Positions 35,585 to 51,729 of a stretch of 64,000 nt of DNA are shown in pieces. The DNA is from the human T2T-CHM13v2.0 reference genome, Homo sapiens. Under the pieces are notes generated by a model. That model was given only the letters and a program-made list of their open reading frames with translations, did no database searches and was not told the origin of the DNA. The position numbers and the translations under genes are program-made. Each line of letters opens with the position of its first letter. Position 1 is the first letter of the stretch. Location of the stretch: the NCBI RefSeq assembly GCF_009914755.1, contig NC_060932.1; one strand, 5' to 3'.

Positions 35585-35680
35585 AGTGAGCTTCCAGGTA
35601 TTCATGTGGGTGGTGTGAAGAATGGGAAATGTTGCCAAAATTCCCTGAGTGTTCCATAATCACCTTGAGATCTGACTCAC

Positions 35681-35785
35681 TTGGGGCTGTCACGTGGGGA
35701 GATGAGGGCTGTGGATTCGAGGCAACCATCCATCGGTTATCAGGACTCAAGTTGTGATTTCTCTCTGTAAGCCACAGTTCTGAAT
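35681..35785 (-). other. Candidate 105-nt exon, SELWLTERNHNLSPDNRWMVASNPQPSSPHVTAP
   Basis: ttggtttccag|...cccaa|gtgagt, open, phase 1 to 1. Confidence 0.6.
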
Positions 35786-35950
35786 CTGGAAACCAATATA
35801 ATCTCAAAACACATTTCAACTTTAAATCGTAGGGGGAGAAGAAATGAGCTCCTTTACACCGCATCAGTCTAAAATAATAACTTTTTATTACTACAGAAAC
35901 AGCACATGATCATTGTAGAAAATTAATAAGTAAAGCAAAAATAAAAATGA

Positions 35951-36319
<369 letters not shown>

Positions 36320-36853
36320 ATGTGTGTATATCCTTCTGGATATTTTTCTTCATGTACATATAGGAGCATTGTTATTATTATCAAAACGACACCACATGAT
36401 ATACACTGTATTGTGACCTATTTTGTCAACCAAACATTTCCATTTCAATAAATTTTCCTCTCTTGTGTATACCATCCAAATCACATTCAGATTCCCCCAA
36501 TGTCTTTACTGCTGGCTCTCACAAGGAAATATCCACTTTGATGTCATCATGCATTACACGAGGTTGTTATAATCTATGTATAAGGGAAATTTTTCTATTT
36601 ATATCAGCATTTGCTCAGGAGATACAAAAACTGAATACTGTGTTTCATGAAAACAGATTCTAGTGAAAGCATGCTGACAAAGCAGCAGGAGCTTTGCATG
36701 ACCCTTGTACAACAGCTCCTAACTGGGCCGAACTGAAGACTTTTTCTTGGCTGACAAACAATCGTACTTTTTAGCCAACAGTTTACAGAGATTGGTGGAC
36801 TCTGTCCTATCCAGGATGCTAGTTTTCATTCCTAGCTAATATCAGCACCATAC

Positions 36854-36936
36854 GTACACTGCCACCACCTTCAACCTTTGACTTTTCCCTGGGTGAAGCA
36901 TTCACTGAATTTCTGTATTGATGCATATTTTCTCAT
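36854..36936 (-). other. Candidate 83-nt exon with -1 frameshift, ..NMHQYRNSVNASPREKSKVEGGGSV
   Basis: ttcctggccag|...gtac|gtatgg. Confidence 0.45.
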
Positions 36937-36964
36937 CTGGCCAGGAATTAATAATTTGACTTTA

Positions 36965-37688
<724 letters not shown>

Positions 37689-37809
37689 CTGCAGGTTTGC
37701 CCCAGTTTCTTAGACAAACAACTGGACTTTTGACTCATCCATGTCAATGAGTAGAATTCACAGGCTTCTCAGGCTGGGCCCCACAAAGTGTATAATTCTC
37801 AGAACTCAC

Positions 37810-37933
37810 CTAAATCTAGGGTCTCAAATTTTGTAATCATTTCATTTTAGTTTGACAAATCAATGTCTGCAGTTCCTTTAGCTTTGATGTTATAAAGTGG
37901 ATTTATTTCCAGTTTTTGTAGTGTGTGTTGTAA
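37810..37933 (-). other. Candidate 124-nt exon with one nonsense codon, LQHTLQKLEINPLYNIKAKGTADIDLSN*NEMITKFETLDL
   Basis: ctctgctag|...ttag|gtgagt, TAA at 37849-37847, phase 0 to 1. Confidence 0.6.
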
Positions 37934-38199
37934 CTAGCAGAGCTATGAGTCAGAGGGTTGGGTGTTCTCTATTTTGCATGGAACACGCCGTAAAACACTG
38001 CACAAAATGCTTACTGCTCCCAGGTTTAGTTTCCTCACCGGAAAATGGAGCTAACACTCCCTTCACTGAATTCTCCTTAAGGCTGAAGAATAGATAAGTG
38101 CTAGAAATCATTTATCTGTAGTTACTGAATAATGTTTTAGGGATTAAGGATAACTTATTATTTTAACTTGCATTTTGTTATCTTTTAAAGTGGGTTATT

Positions 38200-38506
38200 C
38201 TTATTATTTTTTGAGACAGAGTCTCACTCTGTTATCCAGGCTGGAGTGCAGTGGCGCAATTTTGGCTCACTGCAACCTCCTTCTCCAGGTTCAAGGGATT
38301 CTCCTGCCTCAGCCTCCTGAGTACCTAGGAACATGATTATGGAATCCAGGCGCCCACCATCACTCCCAGCTAATTTTTGTATTTTTAGTAGAAACGGGGT
38401 TTCGCCATGTTGGCCAGGCTGGTCTTGAATTCCTGACCTCAGGTGATCCACCCGCCTCGGCCTCCCAAAGTGCCGGGATTACAGGTGTGAGCCACCGTGC
38501 CCAGCC
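38200..38506 (-). mobile_element. AluS with internal templated insertion
   Basis: Antisense Alu with non-Alu bases at ~38331-38347. Confidence 0.9.
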
Positions 38507-38856
38507 ACGAAGTGAGTTATTCTTAAGGATCCTAAGAAATCGTTGGCGTGACTCCAGATGTGTGGGGTAGACTAAGAGTTGATGAAGAACTTGCTCTGGT
38601 TCAGGGCCCCTTTAGTTCAAGGTTTACAGGGCTTTGAAAAACCTTGGAGTCTGCCCTCTAACCAGGGCAGGGCCTGCTTTGGAAAAGGCTGCAATCAAAT
38701 TCCCCTTGACAAAGGTAAAAGTGCTAGAGGGAGCCACCTACTGAGATCACGTTTCATTACACCAGGAAAATTTTCTTTTTAAAATAGTAAAACTATAGGA
38801 TCAAACATGTTGATAGGAGATAATAATATTAAGAATAATAATGATTGTAATGGTGA

Positions 38857-39175
<319 letters not shown>

Positions 39176-39309
39176 GGTGACGGCTAGTTTTTTTATGCAT
39201 TAACTCTAGCATCAGGCATGGTTCCAAGTACTATGCATGTATTGTTATATTATTAATTCTTACACCACTCTCATTAGGACAACATTATTATCGTCATCTA
39301 GGCTGGTAT

Positions 39310-40215
<906 letters not shown>

Positions 40216-40649
40216 CTAGGCAGGTGCAGCTTGATAAATGCCTAGAAACTTGGAAATGGAACAGAATTGAAGCAATTTATGATATTCACAAATAAAAATC
40301 CTTACAGTACCAACTTTGGCAAAACATAACTTTGATGACAGATTCTTATGAAAAATTTTAATTTAAGTATTTGATTATTGCTATAAACATTGTTTTTAAT
40401 TAATTAAAAGCTTTCAGTATGCTCGGGGAAAATGCGTGAGAGTTTTATGCTAAAAATGGCTAGGATTAATTTAAACCATTCCTCCTACGCAGGGCTGAGA
40501 AGCAGCCCATCGCCTCAAGCAGGGAGCCCATATCATCTGATATAGTTTGTGAGAAGCAAACTATTGTAAAGTCAGAGTTGAACAGAGCTTTATAAAATGA
40601 AAGTTTTGACAAAAAAGACATTAAAAGATAGAAAAAAAAAAAAGATCCA

Positions 40650-40960
40650 GCTGGGCGCAGCAGCTCACGCCTGTAATCTCAGCACTTTGGAGGCAGAGGT
40701 AGAAGGATTGCTTGAGCCCAGGAGTTTGAGACCAGCCTGGGCAACTTGGTGAGACTCCTTCACTACAAAATGTAAAAATTAGCTGGGCGTAGAGGTGTGC
40801 CTGTGGTCCCAGCTACTTGGGAGGCTGAGGTGGAAGGACGGCTTGAGCCCAGGAGGTCAAGGCTGTAGTAAGTGGTTTCGTGCCACAGCACTCCATCCTG
40901 GGCAACAGAGTGAGACCCTGTCTCAAATAAATAAATAAATAAATAATAATAGTAATAAAA
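40650..40960 (+). mobile_element. AluJ
   Basis: Alu dimer, (AAAT)n tail. Confidence 0.9.
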
Positions 40961-40997
40961 GAGTTGTGGGAGTGAAATCGTCTTTGTTTAGAGAAGC

Positions 40998-41310
40998 TTT
41001 TTTTTCTTTTTTTCTTTTTTTTTTTTTTGAGACGGAGTCTTGCTCTGTCACCCAGGCTGAAGCGCAGTGGCGCAATCTTGGCTCACTACAAGTCCGTCTC
41101 CTGGGTTCACGCCATTCTCCTGCCTCAGCCTCCTGAGTAGCTGGGACTATGGGTGCACACCACCACGCCTGGCTAATTTTTGTTGTATTTTTTAGTAGAG
41201 ATAGGGTTTCACCATGTTAGCCAGGATGGTCTCTATCTCCTGACCTCGTGATCTGCCCACTCGGCCTCCCAAAGTGCTGGGATTACAGGTGTGAGCCACT
41301 GCGCCCGGCC
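40998..41310 (-). mobile_element. AluY/Sc-like
   Basis: gttcacgccattctcc and ttagccaggatgg diagnostic bases. Confidence 0.9.
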
Positions 41311-41616
41311 TAGAAGTTTTCAAGATCTGAAACAGCACAAGTCAAAACGGTTTCATTTCTTTCTGAAAAGTTTATTGGTGCAATATAGGCAGGCTCTTTG
41401 TTTTTTACATCCAGCCATATGAGTTAGTGGCCTGCTTTGTCCTCAACCTGTGAAACCAGCCTCTCAGAAATGCTCTAAAATCTTCAGAAAAAATAGATCT
41501 GCAAAATTCCTAATGCAATTGTCCTAGGCCTCACTTTAAAGCTGAGGTCTGAGGATGGCGACATGTTGCTAGGTGAATCCTCCTGGACCTGGCACACACT
41601 GGAGAAGGTTTCACCA

Positions 41617-42171
41617 TGATAAAAGAAAAACTTCAGCTGAATTAAATTTAAAGCTGAGGCAGGAGTATCACTTGAACCCAGAAGGCAGAGGTTGTAGTGA
41701 GCCGAGATCGTCCCACTGCACTCCAGCCTGGGGGAAAAAAAGGAAAGAAAAGAAAAGAAAGGAAAAAAGAAAAAAGGAATTTAATTGAGCAATGAACAAT
41801 TCGCAAATCAGGCAGTCCCCAGAATCACAGCAGATTCACAGAGACTCCAGGGGTGCCTCGTGGTCAGAACAAACTTATAGACAAAAAAGTTAAAGTGATG
41901 TACAGGAATCTGAAGTGAGGTACAGAAACAGTGAGATTGGTTACAGCTCTGTGTTTGCCTTATATGAATATAGTTTGAACACTCAGCAGTCTATGAGTGG
42001 TCGAAGTATGGCTGCTGAGATTGGCCAAGACTCAGCTACTGTTTTGGGTGCATACTATCAAGTTAGGTTTTCAATTTTGTCTGACTGTTAAGCTAGGTTA
42101 CAGTTCATCCACAAGGACTTAAATATAGAAGTACAGGGTCCTTTTCAGGCCATATTTAGTTTGCTTTAACA
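41617..42171 (-). mobile_element. MER57A-like ERV1 solo LTR with a truncated Alu (41653-41775, +) inside
   Basis: Minus strand begins TGTTAAAGCAAACTAAATATGGCCTG and ends in CA, flanks acca/agca. Confidence 0.75.
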
Positions 42172-42229
42172 AGCATTATTTAGTATTTTCTCTCCTTCAG
42201 CCAGGACTGAATAATGATTTGTTTTTTAA

Positions 42230-42760
42230 AAAATTAAGGTAAAATACACATAAATAAAATTTACCACCTTAACCATTTTTAAGCATACAGTTCAGTGCCC
42301 TTACGTGCACTCACGTTCTGTACAACCATCACCACCCACCATCTCCAGAAAGTGATCATCTTCCCAAACGGAAACTGTAACCATTAAACATTCTCTCCTT
42401 TCCCCAGCCCTTGATAACACCATTCTCCTTCCTATCTCCATGGATGTGACCTCTCTAGGTACCTCATGTAAGTGGACTCATATAACATTTGTCCTTCTGT
42501 GCCTGGCATGTTTCCCCTAGCATGCTGTCTTTGAGGTTTATCCATGTCGTAGCATGTGTCAGAATCCCTTTCCTTTTTAGGGCTGGGTAATAGTCCATTG
42601 CACGTACGTATCATATTTTGTTTCTCCAATTCATCTGTCAATGGCCAGCCCCTTAGGTCGCTTCTTTCTTTTGGCTATTGTGAATAATACTGCTCTGAAC
42701 ACAAGTGTAGAAGTATCTTTTGGAGTTTCTACTTATAGTTTGTTTGGGTATATATAACTA
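42230..42760 (-). mobile_element. L1MB-like 3' end
   Basis: aaaatttaccaccttaaccatttttaag...ctaggtacctcatgtaagtgga. Confidence 0.85.
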
Positions 42761-42949
42761 TTGATTATTGTAGCCTAGAAAATGTTATTTTCAGTTTAAT
42801 TCACCCCACTATTTCATTGAACAGCATCGTTTGTGTACCATGTTCATGTAAAAAATAGTGAAAAAGAGAACAGAGTCTAGCTTATGGAAGGCTTTCAAAT
42901 TGACGAAGAAACATTATTTAAAATAATAATGGTAATATTTCATGTTATT

Positions 42950-42997
42950 GTTTTATTATATATGCCAGTGGTTTTATTATATATGCCAGTGGTTTTA
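42950..42997 (+). repeat. Perfect 21-bp tandem duplication gttttattatatatgccagtg
   Basis: Direct reading, 2.3 copies. Confidence 0.95.
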
Positions 42998-43294
42998 AAG
43001 ACTTTTAGCGTATTATCTAGGAAGCAAGCCCAACAAGAGCATTCATTCTGAATTCTCATTTTTCGAATATAGCTAAAACTTAAAAGTAGAAACTCTAGAG
43101 TTAGATGCTGTTGTGAGTGAAGGTAGCTCTGTCGCTTAATCAGGATGTTACCCAAAGCCACAGACTAACCTCTCCGTAAAATGGGTTTGTTACCTTGTGG
43201 TGTCATTGTGGGGCCAGGAAAGGGCCTGTCAAGGGGGCTTTCCCAGGCGACCTCAGAAGAAATGACCTGGTTGCCCTGGACAGTATGTCGCCAT

Positions 43295-43339
43295 GGAGGA
43301 CCCCACGTCAGAGGAGGACCCCACGTCAGAGGAGGACCC
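43295..43339 (+). repeat. Perfect 18-bp tandem duplication ggaggaccccacgtcaga
   Basis: Direct reading, 2.5 copies. Confidence 0.95.
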
Positions 43340-44559
43340 TGGTCCTGCCCTCAGCAGGGGCTGGCTCGCGGGTGGGGAGACCAGCCATTTTCAGTATCAG
43401 CCCTCAACAAGGGTTGTTATTTTTCCTGTCATGTTTGTTGGGGTCCAGCTCAAGTTTGTTTTTCTTGCAGAAAGGCAGGAAGGCCAATTTGGAACACACA
43501 CAACTCACATGTCATCGGCGATGACTTGGCCCAGCGCTTGGCATTGGCTCCCTGACAGTTAAAAGGCCCAGGGTAGGCGAGCCCCATAGGCAGGGCCGAG
43601 GAACAAGGAAATGGAGGGAGAATACAAGATTCTTATCTGCTCAGCCCCTCCATTCTTTTCCCTGCTCACTCCCCCCCAGGGGACCTCTGGCTTCGGCTCA
43701 CACTGGCTCCAGCCTGCAGGTCCCCTGTTCTGCAGCCGCCTCCACTTTCTGTCCACCTCTTCCTCTTACTGAATGTGTGAGGAAACAGCCCACCCTCAGG
43801 GAGGGAAAGCCTGATCCGCAGAGATCCATGCGTAGCCCTGTGGGAGGCAAAGGCAGGAAGAGGGAGAAACGGCATTTTCCAATTTGGACCCAAGACAACC
43901 CATGGTTATTTGAGAAAAGCTGGGTGTTTTTCCATCCAGACTTCAGTAGTGTTGGGAGTTGCCATGTAGAAGTTTCCACTGGCTTGAACTATACGGCTGT
44001 TCTGTGATGGAATGATGGGATCCTGCAGGTGTGTGCAGATGCTTCAGTAATGTTTTCCGGTCTTCCCGCGTAAAGACACTGGGCATTAGGAAGACTGAAC
44101 CATAGCCTCACATCTTAGAGAAGAATTACTCCAAGTCCAGGGAGCCTTGTATGGGTAAAATTGGAAATTAAAAATACATATATAAGCAAAAATACTTCTA
44201 AAATATGTTCCAATATTCTCAGTAACTAAGTCTCCTTCAGTCAATCTACTAATATTTCAGGAGTCAGTGTTACTTTGAGAGCATTTAACCCCTCAAAGCA
44301 TCAGTTTTCTCTCCAGTACAATGACTAATGGTGGAGCTTTTGCAGGGTTCTGAGAGAATTCAGAGAGACCATGCTTGGCATAGTTCCTAACACCTGGCAG
44401 CCTCCCCCCAAAAGACAGCTGCTTTTGTATTCCTATGTGCACATGGCTTCTGAAATAAAAGTATTGGCCGGAAAGCTGTCTTTAAAAAGTTATACTTTAC
44501 CTGGGGGTATAAGACTAGCTCATTAAACATTCAAAACTATTTGTTGAGTGAACTAATAC

Positions 44560-44595
44560 CTTTACAGTTCCTCTTTTGTGTATTTTATCTCTCAA
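44560..44595 (-). other. Candidate 36-nt exon, LRDKIHKRGTVK
   Basis: ccttattgtgtag|...gtaaag|gtatta, only phase 0 is open. Confidence 0.5.
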
Positions 44596-44764
44596 CTACA
44601 CAATAAGGCAGAAACTGTTTTCCATTTCCTCGAGGTGAACTATGTCTTTCATGTAAGATGCTTGTTGTCAAGAAGTTTCCTTTTAGGATGATTAAACATG
44701 ATCCCTGCTGCCCTGTGACATATCTCATTTGTTTATCAAGCTTTTCACAAATCATATAGCAGTC

Positions 44765-45622
<858 letters not shown>

Positions 45623-45994
45623 AATTGAACTATTTTCAAATGTTTAGTGAGAATAATATATAATAATATTTTTGCTTCATATATCTTTAGTTTATAAGTC
45701 AGATCTTAGTTTGACTCATACAACTTTATCAGCAAGATCTTGTGAAGACAATACACTTGACAACTTTATTAGTATTGTGTTTTTTTAGATTTACCAATTA
45801 TATCTATCTTTTTTGTATTTTAATTCTCCCTTTCCTTTTCCTGGTTATTTTTATCACAGAATACAAGATATTTTCAAAGTGTTAATCCTAACTGGTCACA
45901 GTAAATGTTGGTCATTTTGACAGTTTTTAATGATCATTTTCTCTGTTCAAATTATTCAGGATATTTAGTACCTTTAAGCTCCCTTTTTAAAATT

Positions 45995-46307
45995 ATTTTT
46001 TATTATTTTATTATTATTATTTTTTGAGATGGAGTCTCGCTCTGTCACCCAGGCTGGAGTGCAGTAGCACCATTTCGGCTCACTGCAACCTCTGCCTCCT
46101 GGGTTCAAGCAATCCTCCTGCCTCAGCCTCTTGAGTAGCTGGGATTACAGGCACCCGCCACCGCGCCCGGCTAATTTTTATATTGTTAGTAGAGATGGGG
46201 TTTGGCCATGTTGGCCAGGTTGGTCTCGAACTCCTAACCTCAGGTGATCCGCCCATCTCAGCCTCCCAGTGTGCTAGAATTACAGGTATGAGCCACCGTG
46301 CCCCACC
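45995..46307 (-). mobile_element. AluS
   Basis: Antisense Alu. Confidence 0.9.
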
Positions 46308-46529
46308 TGGTTTCTTTTTTCTATTGAATTCTCGCTAAATTTTGATTTTTAAAATCATACTTTCATTCCTTTATAATTTTCACTAAGTCCAGAAATGCCA
46401 TTTAAGTTCACTTGCAGTTCACAAGAGGGTTTTCCTTATCTTTATTAATTAGTTTCTATTTAGTTTATCAACAGTCTATTTCCTCTTCCTTATTGCTAAA
46501 ATCATGATCCTTTTCTCTCTCTCTCTCTC

Positions 46530-46670
46530 TTTTTTTTTTTCTGAGACAAGGCCTTGCTGGAGTGCAGTGGTGTGATCATAGCTCACTGTAGCCTCCAACT
46601 CCTGGCCTCAAGCAATCCTCCCACTTTAGCCTCCCAAAGTGCAGGGATTACAGGCATGAGCCACTTTGCC
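46530..46670 (-). mobile_element. Alu monomer or internally deleted AluJ
   Basis: Short antisense Alu. Confidence 0.8.
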
Positions 46671-46719
46671 TTCTCTTAATTTTAATAGTTTCCTTCTCTC
46701 CTGTAAAAAGTTTATCGTG

Positions 46720-47062
<343 letters not shown>

Positions 47063-47924
47063 CTAGATAATACTTAATGCAAAAAACAAAAATCTGTGGT
47101 AGTGATAGTGAAGTCAATTATCCTTCAAACCATCATTTTAGCAAATTATTTTTGTTTTGGAGAATGCCAGGTAATGTCCCTATGGGGCGGGTGGAAGATG
47201 GGGTCAGTGGGGGCAGGCGGCTCCCAGGTGGGAGTGGAGTGGGTTGGTGCAGCATTACGACGATCCAACAGCTGGCAGTGAGGACTCAGCTCTGGGGGTC
47301 CTTGTCTTTGCCCAGTGGCATCATCATCCCTGGAACCTTCCGCTCCTACGTCCAAAAACTCCTGGCTTTCCCATTGTTCATGCCTCTAGCACCTCATCCT
47401 GTGGCGTGCTCCACAAGTCAGACAGACAGCCATCCAGACATCAGACCTATTCCACCATAAATGATGTCAACTTGCACAGTTCACAAACCACGTTTTATGA
47501 TCATGCCTCTTATTTAGAAGTCTTAGCAAACAAGTTGTTATGGAGACAGAGGAAAAAAACCCTAGAACATTAAAAACTTACATTTATATCAAAGTTACTA
47601 CTTCCTAAATAAGATACAATTAGTTTAAATTCATAAATGATTGTAGAGTTAGAATATTTTAGCATCTCTTTAAAATCGTAATTAATAGGTAGCATATAGC
47701 ATTTACTATATATAATTTTATATACATATTAATTTTTTGGTAGGTTATTACAAATTGTTTCTAGATCAGGAGGCACACTGGCTATTTTGTGATCTCAGAT
47801 ATCTTTTTTTTTTTCTAGAATAGATACACATGTGGATAATGTAGAATTTCTAGATTATAGGTCACATTTTCCTGCTTTCGGCACGTCCAGTGACTTTTTA
47901 TGGTATGCTGGGCATTAAGGATGA

Positions 47925-48250
<326 letters not shown>

Positions 48251-49312
48251 AAGTTGTCTCCTTTTAAAGGGTGTTGAATTTTGTCCTAGCCAGCAGTTAA
48301 ATTATTAGTGGGTTTTCTCAGTCCTATCAGGCGGGTCAATTTCTGTTTTGTGCTTAGCCCCGCGATCTGGCTCTTACTCTAGGATGTGTTCTTTACCCAG
48401 AAGGCCTGGTCTTCCTGGGGTCTGAGTTGGATGCCTGCCATGGGCAGCAGCATCTTCACTCCGACTGCGCATGGATCAGACGTCTCCCTGCCTGATTGGC
48501 CTTCGGGGCCTCTGTGGAGCTCTCAGTCTGCAGCGGCTCCTCTCTGCAGGGCCCCCTAGAATTCGCTCTGTACTTGTGCAGTTCAGTTTTTTTGTGTGGA
48601 ATGCTCACACAGACTTCAGCTACCTTCTCCTCCCCAGTCCTTTTCCTCACCATTCCAGCGGCTTCAGCTGCCCAGAATACCACTATCAACCTCCCCAGTC
48701 GTAGAGATCGGAGTTCTCTGCTTGGGCTCACCTCCCTGTGCTGAAGACTGGAGGGCGAGTCCCCCAGACTGAGTAAATTGGGCTCATTTTGAGTGGTTTC
48801 ATCCTTTTCTTTAGGACTACCATCCTCTTCTTCCTCTTGTCCAGTGTTGCTTTATACACTGAGTAGTCCAAATGCTTTATACCTTGAGTAGTTGTATGCT
48901 GTTTACAGTAGGAGGCTGAGGCAGGAGCACATTTCTCCATCAGGGCTGGGAGCTGAAGTTTGAATTTCTAAATCACGGCAGTTGATGTTTGGGAGAAGTA
49001 GTGGAGGTTTCAGAATGGGACTACTCAAATTTAATTCAATTCTTTGGTATATATAATTTTTACAATATTTTCTGTAGTTTTATGGTCTTCAGTTTACATG
49101 AAATGGCAGCCTTTTATAGCCTGAAAGAATCTTAAAAATCTTTTCAGTTCCTACTTTTAGAGATAAGAAAACTGGGACCCCAAAGGGTAGAGATTTGTCA
49201 AGGTGAAAAGCTGGAGGAGTGGCAGAACTGACTTATTCTCTTCTCTTTGTTTACGAATTTAGTACCTCTCATGGAAGACAGAATTGCTTCTCTCCTTCTC
49301 TCATACACATAC

Positions 49313-49406
49313 CCATTGTCTCTTATTTTCTTTTCATTTCCTCCTTTTCTTTCTCTTTGTTTCTGTTCACAAAAGGAAACATTTTCCCCCCTTTGGAAGA
49401 CAAATA
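49313..49406 (-). other. Candidate 94-nt exon, VFVFQRGENVSFCEQKQRERKGGNEKKIRDNG
   Basis: ctatgttag|...caatgg|gtatgt. Open in phase 1, matching exon 54617-54704. Confidence 0.5.
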
Positions 49407-50139
49407 CTAACATAGATTCTGGATGGCAGTGCAGTCTTTGAAAAAATGGATTGGTTTTAAGTAACAACAGAGAGGAATCTTCTATTAAACAATCAAACTT
49501 TGGAAACAGAAAAGGGAGGCAGCAACGATGACAGCCTTATTCTACAGGCTGTGTGAACATTTTCATATTTAGACTATTCAGGTTCAAATGGTGAACATAT
49601 TTCTAGAGGTTAAAGAATAAATACTAGGTTTCTCTGCTGGTTAGAAACAGAAGCCATGCCAGGTATTTCAACCAGAGGGATTTAATCCAGGAAATCAGTT
49701 ACAAGAGTGTTGGGAGGTTGAGAGAACAAATAGGCAATGTTGAGGTGGCTCAGATATTAGAAGCTGCAGCAAGCAGCTATTATCCTTAGAACTTGGGGAG
49801 CATAAGGGAAGAGGTGGTGTTGTCAGAACTTTGGAACTTAGAGAAAGGGTACCTTATGGCTGACCCTTGTGCCTTTGAGACAGATGCTGGGGGGCTAGTG
49901 CTTGGCCTCAGAGTCTGCTTCTGGGAGCATGGAGAAGCTGCTGCTGGGAGTGCCAAGAGGACTGGAGTCTTAGCTTCCCTCACTGCTAGGCATTTGGTAA
50001 GAGCTAGAAACAGAAAGGAAGTCCCTTCGGCTCTCTTCTTACCTAGGAGTTGGTGGGAAATGATGACAATCCAGCTGGTGAGGGGGTCTGGGGAATGTGG
50101 TTCGCTGAGTCCCAGCCTGCCTCAGAGTCACAGGGCAGT

Positions 50140-51335
50140 GTGGTGGTTCCTCAAAAAATGAAATAGAATTACCATGTGCCATAGACTACATGCTTGTGTC
50201 CCTGCACTTTCCGATGCTGAGCTCCAAATCCTCAGTGTGATGGCCTGTGGAGATGGGGCTTTTGGGAGGTAATTAGGTCATGAAGGTGGAGCTCTCATGA
50301 ATAGGATTAGTGTCCTTATAAGAAGAGATATGAGAGAAATTATGTCTTTCTCCCCCTCCCTTGCAACCCACCCCATGAGAATACAACAAGAAGGCAGCAC
50401 GGTGACTCAAGCCTGTAATTCCAGCACTTTGGGAGGCTGAGGGGGGGGTGGATCACCTGAGGTGAAGAGTTCGAGACCAGCCTGGCCAACATGGTGAAAC
50501 CCCATCTCTACTAAAAATACAAAAATTAGCTGGGTGTGGTGGTGGGTGCCTGTAATCCCAGCTACTCAGGAGGCTGAGGCAGGAGAATTGCTTGAACCAG
50601 GCGGAGGTTGCAGTGAGCCGAGATTGTGCCATTGCACTCCAGCCTGGGCGACAGAACAAAAACTCCGTCTCAAAAAAAAAAAAAAAAAAAAAGAAGAAGG
50701 CAGCAGTGTGCAAACCAGGAGGAGTGTGCCAGCACCATATTTCTGTTGTTTAAGCCACCCAGTCTATGATATTGTGTTACAGTAGCCAAAATGGACTAAG
50801 ACAGCATATAATCCAGTAATTACACTTCTGGGTTATGTGACACCAAAAAACAGAAACTATTAAACTGATACATGTACCCCCATGTTGATAGCAGCATTAT
50901 TCACAACAGCCAAAAGGCAGAAGCAACCCAAGTGTCTATGCATGGATGGATGGGTAAACTACATATGGTATATACATACAACGAAACATCATTCAGCCTC
51001 AAAAGTAAGGAAGTTCCAACAAACACTGTGCCATGGAGAAACCTTGAGGACATTATGCTAAGTGAAGTAAGCAAGGCACACGAGGAAAAATATTGCATGA
51101 TTTCACTTATATGAAGTACCTAACAGGGTCAAATTCACAGAGACAGAAAGGAGAACGGTGGGTACTGTGGCCTGGGGGAGAGGAAAATGGAGAATTGTTG
51201 TTTAATGGGTACAATGTTGTACAACAATCATCAGTATTCATCATCAGAATTTTCACTGTGAATGTACCTAATACCACTGAACACTATACTTAAAAATGGT
51301 TAAATGACAAATTGTATGTTAATATTTTACCACAA
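50140..51335 (+). mobile_element. L1MB-like 3' end interrupted by an MLT1A LTR (50177-50803), itself interrupted by an AluS (50398-50693)
   Basis: MLT1A ends ...atggactaagaca, Alu TSD aagaaggcagca, and the L1 resumes after the LTR. Confidence 0.8.
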
Positions 51336-51729
51336 ATGAAAGAAATCACAGACCTTAGTCGTGGAGTGGGGAGCTGAGAGAATTTGGTCAGTAACAAGCA
51401 CAGTTGCTAATGACTCTTATCCTTACTAAAGCCCACTGTAGCTTAGGATGAAGTTGCCTTCTGCAATGGTAATTTCACTATCCTGTCAGAGTTTCCTGGT
51501 TCTAAGGCCTTTGCATTTGAGACATGGTATCACACTATAAATCAGGACACATTTTCATGTGCCAGGGAGTGTGCCCAACTTGTAAAGAATAAAGCACCAC
51601 ATCCTTTACATGTCACCATGTGTGTTTTTACAGACATGCCAGGCCTCAGGCACATTCCTCTGTCTTGTATGAGATTTATAACAGCAAACTTCATGTAAAC
51701 ACACAGGAGTAAGGTCATGCAAATATATT

